Part shown: one piece after another, positions 23,755-34,217 of the stretch
Position numbering within the stretch: position 1 is the first letter of the stretch
Layout: each line of letters opens with the position of its first letter
Source of the DNA: Octopus bimaculoides
Taxonomy: Eukaryota
DNA length: 34,217 nucleotides
Direction: 5' to 3'
Assembly (NCBI RefSeq): GCF_001194135.2
Contig: NC_068990.1
Location: forward strand, 19,214,519 to 19,248,735
Made by a program: the position numbers and the translations under genes
Notes under the pieces: model-generated
The model's input: the letters and a program-made list of their open reading frames with translations, nothing else
The model's database searches: none
Told to the model about the DNA's origin: nothing

Positions 23755-24529
23755 CTACCTTAAAGATAGCGTGTCCGCACAAGTGTATATATATTGAATT
23801 AACCGTGTCCTGAGTTTTAGTGGCTCCAGTAAAATTACAGAATTCTTCCTGAGTTCTTGATTCTGGGCACACTGCTTCGTATAGCAAAAGCAGCTGCAAA
23901 GCTAAATAAGTTTATTTAAAGAATCTTACTTTTTCGCCATTCCTTTATTTAATATATATGTGTATCTATACAAATAATCAGGTGATTATATTTGTCATTT
24001 GAATTTGTAGTAAATGACTCAATTTGCCTATAGGTAAACCGCAAAGGCACTGAACATTTAGATAATTGTCATAATCTTTCAATATCTGCATCTTACTTTG
24101 CACTACATACTATTTTCCCTATCTTCGAAATAATTTACAAATTCCTTTCCTAAATTACCTCTTGAATTTTCCTTATTAACAATACTGATATTTAATACAA
24201 TCTATCTAATCAGTAATATGTTTTTAATGACATTTGATTAGAGTATATTATAATCATTAAATAAAAAAGTCCTTAAAGGCCATCCTTCAATTTCTCTATT
24301 AATAGTCTCTCAGGAAGGTGCCTCTAATAAAATTGATACAACGCTGATATGAACAACATTTGGATAATTATTTCGCAGTTTAATTTTATTACGCATTCAT
24401 CGTTTTAAGTATAATTTTTCTGCCATACTTAATTAATTTTCCAGCAATTTCCAGTCTTAAAACTATTGTGACAATTATGTAACACATTTATATAATACCC
24501 GTATACATGCACTGTTAAATGTGCGTGTC

Positions 24530-24533
24530 AGTG

Positions 24534-24569
<36 letters not shown>

Positions 24570-25230
24570 TGTATGTATGCATGTGTATGTATGTATGTGT
24601 ATCTATGTATGTATATGTATGTATATGTATGTACGTATATATATATGTATGTATGTATATATATATATATGTATGTATGTATATACATATATATATATAT
24701 GTGTGTATGTATNNNNNNNNNNNNNNNNNNNNNNNNNNNNNNNNNNNNNNNNNNNNNNNNNNNNNNNNNNNNNNNNNNNNNNNNNNNNNNNNNNNNNNNN
24801 NNNNNNNNNNNNNNNNNNNNNNNNNNNNNNNNNNNNNNNNNNNNNNNNNNNNNNNNNNNNNNNNNNNNNNNNNNNNNNNNNNNNNNNNNNNNNNNNNNNN
24901 NNNNNNNNNNNNNNNNNNNNNNNNNNNNNNNNNNNNNNNNNNNNNNNNNNNNNNNNNNNNNNNNNNNNNNNNNNNNNNNNNNNNNNNNNNNNNNNNNNNN
25001 NNNNNNNNNNNNNNNNNNNNNNNNNNNNNNNNNNNNNNNNNNNNNNNNNNNNNNNNNNNNNNNNNNNNNNNNNNNNNNNNNNNNNNNNNNNNNNNNNNNN
25101 NNNNNNNNNNNNNNNNNNNNNNNNNNNNNNNNNNNNNNNNNNNNNNNNNNNTATATATATATATATATATATATGCATGTATGTATGCCTGTATATGTTT
25201 TAATGTGTATGTGTGTTTGTGTCTGTGTGA
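24530..25230. repeat. (TATG)n/(TA)n microsatellite with gap 24713-25151
   Basis: Direct inspection. Confidence 0.95.
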
Positions 25231-25575
25231 CACACACATACAAACAAGAATAATACGTAGTTTATTCAGATGCCTACGTATATCACTAAACATATACGCC
25301 TTTAAAAGCGTACATAAATGCATAGATACTGAATTGTTTCGTTTGCGAATACATACATATATAAAGCTATGAATATATTTATAAATTTCTATTTATTTAT
25401 CATTATCATTCGAGAAGAGTGTCATGTTACCGAGGGTTTGAATCCTATGCATGGCAATCTAGGATATCCAGTTAATGTACGAGAGAATCTTCCTTGATCT
25501 CCGCATGTTCCTTCTAGAATCAGAACCACTAAGATAATAGAGACTTTTCTATATATCAATATTTAAGTGATTTAA

Positions 25576-25970
25576 GGCGACGAGCTGGCAGAAACGTTAG
25601 CACGCCGGGCGAAATGCTTAGCGGTATTTCGTCTGCCACTGCGTTCTGAGTTCGAATTCCGCCGAGGTCGACTTTGCCTTTCATCCTTTCGGGGTCGATA
25701 AATTAAGTACCAGTTACGCACTGTGGTCGATATAATCGATTTAATCCGTTTGTCTGTCCTTGTTTGTCCCCTCTGTGTGTAGCCCCTTGTGGGCAGTAAA
25801 GACATAGGTATTTCGTTTGTCATTATGTTCTGAGTTCAAATTCCACCGAGGTCGACTTTACCTTTCATCATTTCGGGATCGATAAATTAAGTACCAGTGG
25901 GGTCGATCTAATTGACTGTTCCCCTCCCCAAAACTTTCGGCCCTTGTGCCTGAAGTAGAAAAGAAAAGAA
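25576..25970 (+). mobile_element. Dimeric family 2 SINE (full monomer with tail A plus 5'-truncated monomer with tail B)
   Basis: Head GGCGACGAGCTGGCAGAAACGTTAG, B-box GAGTTCGAATTCC, core CCGAGGTCGACTTTGCCTTTCATCCTTTCGGGGTCGATAAATTAAGTACCAG present twice, candidate TSD at 25560-25573 / 25971-25984. Confidence 0.92.
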
Positions 25971-26403
25971 TATATAAATGATTTGCTTTTGTATATATAT
26001 CGCTGTTTTTCTATATATCTTTATGTAAAATGTTTGCCCATGAAAGCGCTTCCTGTTGTGGCTACCTACTGGCCGATACTTGAAAGAAAGTATGTTGAGT
26101 CCTGTATATGAGTGTACAAAGTAAAAGTCAACAATACCTGCAGGGTCTTCGACGATAATAATTCAGTTGTTTACAGAACTACTTGCTCATTGAACTAGCC
26201 ACCATGAAGCTAATTATTATTCATGTACCTAACTATGGGGGCGCATGTTCAGTGTAATATGATACGAGATTAAACTGATTTTTTCTATTTTCTTTTGATA
26301 ATTACAAGTGTAATCAGTCCGAGGGCGGACTTCCATAGATGTATAGCTACATGAACTTATATATATATATATATATATATATATAATGTGTGTGTGTGTG
26401 TTA

Positions 26404-26881
26404 CTGCCGAATGCTGGTTTATAGGCTTGCCCTGGGTTTCTCGGCATAGGGATGCCTCTATCACGTATCTTCAGACTCTAAGACATGTTGGCCTATGACC
26501 TCTTTAACAATAGAGAACGGAGATTTTCGGGCCTTGCTTGCATTTCAGGTGTTTCCTGTTGGGGTTTTGGGAACCACATAATAGCGATAATAGGGGTATT
26601 GGCAAAAATTACACCACAACCGGAAATTGATTGCTGACAGGAGTAGGAGATAACTCTCCATCATTTAACCTCATAGACTTAGCTGAAGGAGGACGACGCA
26701 GCCAGAAACGGATGACCAACAACGAAGGGAGATAATTCTCATTGTTTATATCCGTATCGTTTCCCCCTCCATATTTTTAAAGAGGTCATAGGCGAACAAG
26801 TCTTAGGGTATGAAGATACGTCATACAGGTATCCTGCATGCCGAGAAACCCAGGATAACCCTATAAACCGGCATTCACCAG
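26404..26881. mobile_element. Foldback/MITE with ~110-bp TIRs and TA flanks
   Basis: Arms 26401-26512 and 26772-26884 are reverse complements at roughly 80% identity by eye (shared CCTGGGTTTCTCGGCAT, ACGTATCTTCA, GCCTATGACCTCTTTAA). Termini TA|CTG...CAG|TA. Confidence 0.85.
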
Positions 26882-27080
26882 TAAGATAGACTGCTCTACT
26901 TTTTAGAATGTGCTTCTCCGAATTTATGTTTTTCAAAAAAGACGATGTATATGCATATATGTATATATAAGAACATCATGCACGTATATATATATATATA
27001 TGTGTTTGTGTGTATATACATATGTGTTAGTGTACGCGTGCGTTTAGGTATGTTTGTATATATTGAACTATTCGTCTATT

Positions 27081-27390
27081 GACTCTGGATTAGGATGACA
27101 AGTGTTCTAGTTGATCCGATTAACAGAACAATCAACTCGTGATATTAACGTGCAAGCGGTTGAGCGCTGCACAGATACGCGTACCATTAGCGTCCATCTC
27201 AGAATGATTCAGCGTGTCGCAGAATGTCACTAGCCTTACCCTTCGAATTACAAGCACTCTTCGTCGTTTGCCTGCTGAGTGGACGGTAAAATAAACTACC
27301 TTGACGGAGTACAAAATGTGCGCCGAGAATCGATCTTATGACTTTTCGGTTATGAGCCTCATACCCTAACCACTAAGCCGCGTGTCTTCC
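27081..27390 (-). mobile_element. tRNA-derived SINE family 3, degenerate
   Basis: Minus-strand head GGAAGACACGCGGCTTAGTGGTTAGGG with A-box-like CGGCTTAGTGG and a decayed B-box. The body (TTGATCCGATTAACAGAAC...TTAACGTGCAAG...GCTGAGTGGAC) is recognised from memory as a common octopus SINE; no second copy in the window. Confidence 0.65.
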
Positions 27391-28877
27391 TATGTGTATG
27401 CATAGAGAGAATATTCCAGTCGTTGTAGGAGAGAATTGGTTTCACATTTAATGCAGTCGGTACGGGTTGAGGAATAGTAAAAATGACGAAGAAAAGAGAA
27501 ACGTGTCGAGATCACATGATGGAAGTTTTATGTACCTAGGTAATATCATGAAGTCGTTGCTATTGTAGAAGCCGCTGGAAATACAAAATATTGGGCAGGG
27601 GTATAAATGTACTGATAAATTAATATTCAAATACATAATGTGTTACGGCTGAATGTATGAAGGTATAAGTTGCCAATACAATACAGCGACAATCTATCAG
27701 AAAGAAGAAGAGAGAGAAAGATAACGCCTGCATGGATAGAATAGCAATCACAAGCGAAAATCTTTATAACGTGGAATTATAGTCATTATTTGAAAATAAA
27801 CAATATTCCACTAATCGTCGAGAAATTTAATGCGAATTTTACGGTCTTCTAGTGACATAAATTCCTGCACATATGCTAGTCAACACATGCTGCAGGAACT
27901 TTATATCAAATTTTTATTTCAGATACATTAGATGAATCTGGCTTGCAGTTATAAAATGTGGAATTTTCTGCAGGGATAATGTTCTGAAAGGATCAAACCA
28001 TTTTGAAAAGTAATTAATTCCTGTTCATTCTTTTGAATTTTCCGCATTATTTTATATACATGAAATTCATTAGATATATATACCTTACCTTCATGTTTTT
28101 TTTTATTATTTCCCTTATTCATTATATTTTTATGCTATATTTGTTTCTGTTGTTATACTTATATATCTGTTTATCCCTCAAGTCACCATTTTGATACAAC
28201 GTCAACATAGCAATATACATTTTCTATAAAATCGCATATCACGTTTGTTTTTTGAGCCTATCTAAAACTACAGTCTCATCTCTTTTCTACACATTTAAGT
28301 CACCTGGATGTGATATGAAGGAACTATGTATGCTTTATCTAACTGTCAGAACAACTGCTTAGAAGCAGTTCTTCATCAGCTTTCTGCCATCGCTTATTAC
28401 TAATCAATATATTTATCGATTTATAGATATATAGATAGATAGAGGGCTACATGGACTGTATTGTTTCTCATGTGTTATAACGAGTTGAAAAATTACTTTT
28501 AACTGACCTTTGGATGTGGATCTGGTTGACAGTAATTTTGCGGAAGCACATCTCATTTATTTTTTAATCTGATGTGTGTGGATGTGTGCGTGTGTGTGTG
28601 TGTGTGTATATTTCCCTCTCTGTCTGTCTCTTGCTCAACTCACATGTGCACGTGCGCACACATACATACGCACACGCACGCTCATGCTCACATATACGCA
28701 CACATAATACATACATACAAGCATACATACATACAAGCATACATACATACACAGTCACGTTTGTGTTTATGCCAGTGACTGTGTTTGTGCATGTTTTTAT
28801 TTGACAACCTACATCACTTCGTCTATATATCGTAACATAGGAGATCGAGGAATATGAGTGCTCGATTTTAATACCAG

Positions 28878-28936
28878 GCATGGAATAAGCGCGGTTGAGA
28901 ATTGGTTTATCAATATGAAAACCGATAGTGATGCAG
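28878..28936 (+). CDS. Candidate 59-nt exon (HGISAVENWFINMKTDSDA), unassigned
   Basis: ttttaataccag|...GATGCAG|gtatgt with one open frame. The donor could simply be the start of TG-rich sequence. Confidence 0.15.
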
Positions 28937-29849
28937 GTATGTGTGTACATCTGTGAGTTTTTGTTTCATTCCCCCAACCTGAAAACCTTCCAACGTTTCT
29001 CTATATTACCTAACTAACCAGATCGGCAACAATGAGAGTTATACAAGTACACCCGACGGAAAAATAAGCAATAGAATTGATTGGTTTAGCAATACGTCAA
29101 CTAGTATGGGTGACGTTGTTTCTGTCCTTTTCAGGAAAAAAAAGTATTAATAATAATACATTAAAATATAAGCAAAAATAATTAATCAGCAATCAATTTC
29201 TCTTAAATTTGATTCTACTATTAATTTTAATTCTGTCACAACATGTCATTTGATCGCTCACAAAATCTCTCCGAACTCAATGTTTTCGTTGTCTAGAAAT
29301 TATTGTATAAAACCTATATTACATCACAACGCTATTTCACGTGATATCATCTATTTCACGAAAACCTGTTGCCACGAGGTCTGCGCGTGAAACAAATTTT
29401 CATTAGTATCTTGTTTCAATGATTTTTCAATATCATTTATTTATCTATCTTCCACAAAGCTTATGTTATTTTAATGAAAGCTCCAAATATTTCGAATGTA
29501 ATATAGTGCCTGTAACAGATGCAAAACAAATTCGCTACGAAAATTTTTACCGACAGTCGACGAATCATTGCAAATACTTTTCGCCCGCTTATTCGAAGCA
29601 GAACGCAATATATAAATGAAAAAATACTGTATATATATATATATATATATGTTGGAAGGAACAGGAATTAATTATTAGAAAATATAAGGTACTCAGATAT
29701 CTGGATGGTTGTACATTTACAGATTTTTATTGATACGTCACATGTTTTATAAATATTAGCAGACGCACATATTCTTGTAGGTTTTTGAAATATGATTTCA
29801 CTTTCACAGGATGTCGCTTTTTATAGTATTATTGAATGTGTATGGGGCT

Positions 29850-29892
<43 letters not shown>

Positions 29893-30490
29893 GAGAGTAA
29901 AGTTACCTTGTTTATTGTATTGGCAATAGTTTGAAGCGCTCAGATAAAAAACCCGAGAGGCAAAGGTAGGAAAAATCTTAATTTCAGATATGTTCAACAA
30001 TTTAAAGATATTATCTGCCATGGATAGATGTATATCAATTTTTAAATATAGCAGTGTGTCACTTATTAAAATATTAAAACATATTAAAAATATGTGAATA
30101 CATAGATATATAAAAATTTAATATACCTATATAATTAGATGAGTGAAACTAGGTTGTAAAAGTGTAGATGTATATAAATATATCTAGAATTGCAGTAATA
30201 TCAAAAGGCGTTGTAGAACGGTGTTGTAAAAATGATTTAAGAATAAATCATGTCCCTACAAAAAGGTGAATAAAATAAGGACTTTCGACATATATATGTA
30301 TATATATATATATTATATATGGATAGATAGATAAATGTATACAGATATAGATCTGAAAAATGCTGGTAATAACTGATATATAACTCTAATGATGCACCAT
30401 TAATATTTCACATTAAAAAGTTACACTGGTTAACAAAAGATACACAGGATCCTCTATTCTTGGCTCGTGATGAGATTTATATGGCATATG

Positions 30491-30544
30491 TATAGAGTCT
30501 GCAGATTATATAAAGTCTGCAGGTTATATATAGTCTGCATTTTA
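30491..30544 (+). repeat. Minisatellite, 3 x 18 bp (TATA[G/A/T]AGTCTGCA...)
   Basis: TATAGAGTCTGCAGATTA / TATAAAGTCTGCAGGTTA / TATATAGTCTGCATTTTA. Confidence 0.85.
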
Positions 30545-30828
30545 TAGCTTAAACTCTGAGAATTCACGTCATTGAATCACGCATCGCAGAAATGAAGTGT
30601 TCGGCTACTTGCAGCTTTGAATTCAACAACAATCGAAATCAACGTTTGAGTTGCTATGCTAAAATATATACAGGGACATTAAAGCCGTTAACTGAATGTA
30701 TTTACACCAATAGTTTTAAATTATCATTAGTACATAGAAATGTATGGAATGATACAGTTGCACATGTTTAACTTTTTCATTAGTTATAAATACATTCAAT
30801 ATAAGAGTTTGTTTCATCTTTTATCAAA

Positions 30829-30946
30829 TTCTTGCTTCTGTCAATGGATTACGGCCGTGCTGGGCACCGCCTTAAAAGATTTAGTGAAACAAATCGACTT
30901 CAGTATTATTTTGCATCTGATACTTTGGCCGAACCGCTAAGTTACC
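30829..30946 (-). mobile_element. 3' fragment of family 1 SINE
   Basis: TACGGCCGTGCTGGGCACCGCCTTAAAAGATTTAGTGAAACAAATCGAC...TTTGGCCGAACCGCTAAGTTAC. Confidence 0.8.
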
Positions 30947-32039
30947 TTATATGTTTGAATGTGTGTGAGGAGCTTGCCCATAGTTTCCATCTTCAGAATT
31001 CACTCGAAGGGTATTTTTCGGCTCAGGGATATTGTAGAACATGATTCCACCGCCTACAGCCCAGAGGAATTGAACGCGAAATCATGCAAAACAACCGCAT
31101 TAACTGTTCAGCCATGGAAACACCAACAAGAAAAATACTCCGAAAATATATAGATAAAAAAATTAGAGATACACGTTTGATATATATCTACGTTTAATAT
31201 ATATATATTACTGTCGCCATATTTAAATGGTGTTAGAAATAACAAAAAAAACAATCTTGCCCTAAATTTGCATCTTCCCACAATAGGTATGTGCATCCAT
31301 TTACTTCACGAGCGTTTAAAAGGCATCATAAAACAACGAAATTCATATTAATTTAATTAACGTATAAATTAAATATAGCCTGCGTAAATATGTATTTTAT
31401 TACTTTTCTCTATGTTACTATTAAAATGTCTTCACTGTTTCAAAATATATACCGCAGGCTATCAAAAGTGAAAGGATCTCAATCAGCGAAATACGATGCA
31501 AAGAGAGTATCACTTCAAAAGCTGGAACAATAATGAAGCATATCACTTTAATTGAAACATGGATTACACATTGACGTCAATGCTCAATAATGTATTCCAC
31601 ATTATCAGAAACCCTAGTTTATAGCTTATTCAATTCGGCATCTCTGTAACTTTGTAATCATATAATCCTTCGAAATTACACGGGGAAGATTTTACTTCAT
31701 TATAAGGTAATGAAAAGTTAGTGTATGTGAATGTGTGTGTGAGTGAGTGTGAGTGTGTGTGTGTATATGTGTGTGTGTGCTTTCGTGTTCCACATATTTT
31801 GTCGTTTGACCTACAGACACAGAATTTTTTCAACTTGCTTCATTCTCTTCTTCATGTCGGTTAAACTTATATCCCAGCGCCGTTTTGCTGTTGACGTCAC
31901 TGAAATTAACAATATCATTGATGAGACGTCGAAATTGGTCCATAACTGATGTGTGATGGGCATGTCAACATCCTCTGTGAGTGTGTTGTTTTTTTTTTTA
32001 CCTGTTTGCCCTGTTACAGTGCAATATTTTACAATGACA

Positions 32040-32453
32040 CAAACATACATGCACACACACAGAGAAACACACATACACACACACCTATATAGGTATGTAA
32101 ATATNNNNNNNNNNNNNNNNNNNNNNNNNNNNNNNNNNNNNNNNNNNNNNNNNNNNNNNNNNNNNNNNNNNNNNNNNNNNNNNNNNNNNNNNNNNNNNNN
32201 NNNNNNNNNNNNNNNNNNNNNNNNNNNNNNNNNNNNNNNNNNNNNNNNNNNNNNNNNNNNNNNNNNNNNNNNNNNNNNNNNNNNNNNNNNNNNNNNNNNN
32301 NNNNNNNNNNNNNNNNNNNNNNNNNNNNNNNNNNNNNNNNNNNNNNNNNNNNNNNNNNNNNNNNNNNNNNNNNNNNNNNNNNNNNNNNNNNNNNNNNNNN
32401 NNNNNNNNNNNNNNNNNNNNNNNNNNNNNNNNNNNNNNNNNNNNNNNNNNNNN

Positions 32454-32510
<57 letters not shown>
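32040..32510. repeat. CA/TG microsatellite with gap 32105-32453
   Basis: Direct inspection. Confidence 0.95.
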
Positions 32511-32512
<2 letters not shown>

Positions 32513-33567
32513 CCTTACAGTGAAATTGATTAACCTCCTCCTGATATAATTCAGTAATTTCGAAGTAGGTAATCTCGAATCCTATTACGCAATACAGTAC
32601 GGTTATTATGCTAAACCACAATCAATAATACATGTAGCCAGAATATTAACCAAATTAACTGCAAAAGACGTACTGATGTGTATAAATGTAAAATGAGGAA
32701 ATGAAAGAGGAACAATGGGGTGAAATATGAAAACCTTAGCTCCCTTATGTCATGAAAAATGATATATTAAATGAAATTAGTTAGGTTTCTGGGGAATAAA
32801 TTGAGTTTGAGAATTACAAAACGGATACATATATATGAATGGTTAAATATTTTATGGATAGCTTGACCTTGCCTCCAAAACTCATTTGTATTGTACAGAA
32901 GTCGTAATTACTTCTTTCACATATTTTATATCATAAGACGTATTTATTAATTTCCCGCCTATGTTATATATACATACATGTATATATATGCAGACATACC
33001 CTCACGCGTACAAACATGCACATGAACACATACACGCATTCACACACTCACACACTCACATGCACACACGCACATACACACACACACTCATATATATATA
33101 TATATTGTATATATAGATGTAAGGTAGAAAGTATGGTGAGCAATTGAATATATGTAAGTTAGAAAGTATGATGGGGAATTTGAGTATGTGTGAGGTAGAA
33201 TGCATGGTGGTAAACAACCAAATGCATTAAAGAAAATCCCCACAAATGCTAAATTATTCTCAAGAATAATGGACACACAAATCTTTAATAATAATATATC
33301 ATGTGAAACGCAGAACTACTCTTTATAGAAGTAGATGTGGGTTGGAAAAACACAGCCCGCCTACGACTTTTTCCCACCGAAGTTATTTGACCGATGATTT
33401 GCACTCTATATTTTATACCTTTGCCTATTTAGATTTCCAAACTATTATGAAGTTAGCAAAGTCATATGAAGTAAACGATATATATATATATATATTAAAG
33501 ATATAAAGCTTGAAACACGTGTACCGCAGAATCCTTTGTATTTTTGCTGTTATTTTTGGGATTTACA

Positions 33568-33609
<42 letters not shown>

Positions 33610-34183
33610 TGCGACAGAATGCGCACTATCGTAAGATATTTCATTCTGTAATGTACGATGTTTGGCAACAGCGTTCAGTGAAATTATGCCAATATTTGTA
33701 CATGCTGTGATGTTATCTGTCCATCGCTTAGGTTGCCGATCTTTGTTTTTCTTTGCCGAAAGATGTGCTAATCTCTCCGTTCCCTAATTGATCATTACAT
33801 AAAAAAAAAATGGCGATCATTTGAGAATTATATTTGAACCTATTTTTCAATCGACGCGTCATAAATTTCTTTATTATGAATTTTCGTTTAATTCACTGAT
33901 TGTATTCTAACAGTATATGAGTAAAAATCAGAATTCACTGTAGTCAAATATGTGTATTATTTTATGGTCTGATGTGTGGCGTTACATTGCAAACACCCTA
34001 TATATGTATGTATGTATGTATATGCATATATAATGTATATATATAATTATATATGCCTGAATATATATTATATCTGTGTGTGTCTGTGCACGTGTGCATT
34101 ATAGATATGGATTATAAATTTTTATGTATGCGTATGGTATATGCTTGCGGTGATACAATCATACCAATGTTAACTTATTGATA

Positions 34184-34217
<34 letters not shown>

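Noticed and set aside
23760-23895. Minus-strand candidate exon (LLLLYEAVCPESRTQEEFCNFTG...)
   Set aside because: Two frames are open, the donors are weak and no homology is recognisable.
26198-26257. GCCACCATG-initiated ORF MKLIIIHVPNYGGACSV
   Set aside because: Only 17 codons with no promoter or homology support; a vertebrate-type Kozak match can occur by chance.
28350-28380. CTGATGA (minus strand) followed by the hairpin AACTGCTT/AAGCAGTT
   Set aside because: No GAAA or stem III follows, so it is not a hammerhead.
29650-30300. Possible additional interspersed repeat interrupted by (TA)n
   Set aside because: It looks familiar, but there is no second copy, TIR, TSD or ORF in the window to support a call.
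30491-30544. CRISPR-like reading of the short direct repeats (also 17046-17089, 23693-23754)
   Set aside because: The units are contiguous with no unique spacers, the context is eukaryotic, and there are no cas genes.
31878-31949. RRFAVDVTEINNIIDETSKLVHN after a pyrimidine-rich acceptor
   Set aside because: Several frames on both strands look equally plausible, and the phase is incompatible with the upstream candidate chain.

Overview
AT-rich, microsatellite-saturated animal genomic DNA (intronic or intergenic) from a gapped short-read assembly, with 12 N-runs totalling about 3.7 kb. The SINE families look like those of Octopus or another coleoid cephalopod; this is recognised from memory, not from a search. 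No protein-coding gene can be called confidently, and almost every ORF in the supplied track is a microsatellite or N-run artefact. Supported content: four tRNA-derived SINE families (about 15 copies or fragments), two mariner derivatives that keep the transposase C-terminus, two long-TIR MITE/foldback elements, an old tandem duplication and many simple repeats. Most notable: a relic minimal hammerhead ribozyme of the Penelope-like-element type (12364-12399, minus strand), a dimeric SINE with two different tails and a candidate TSD, a near loop-less tail-to-tail SINE palindrome, and a speculative phase-compatible chain of small + strand exons. I found no convincing novel multi-gene system.
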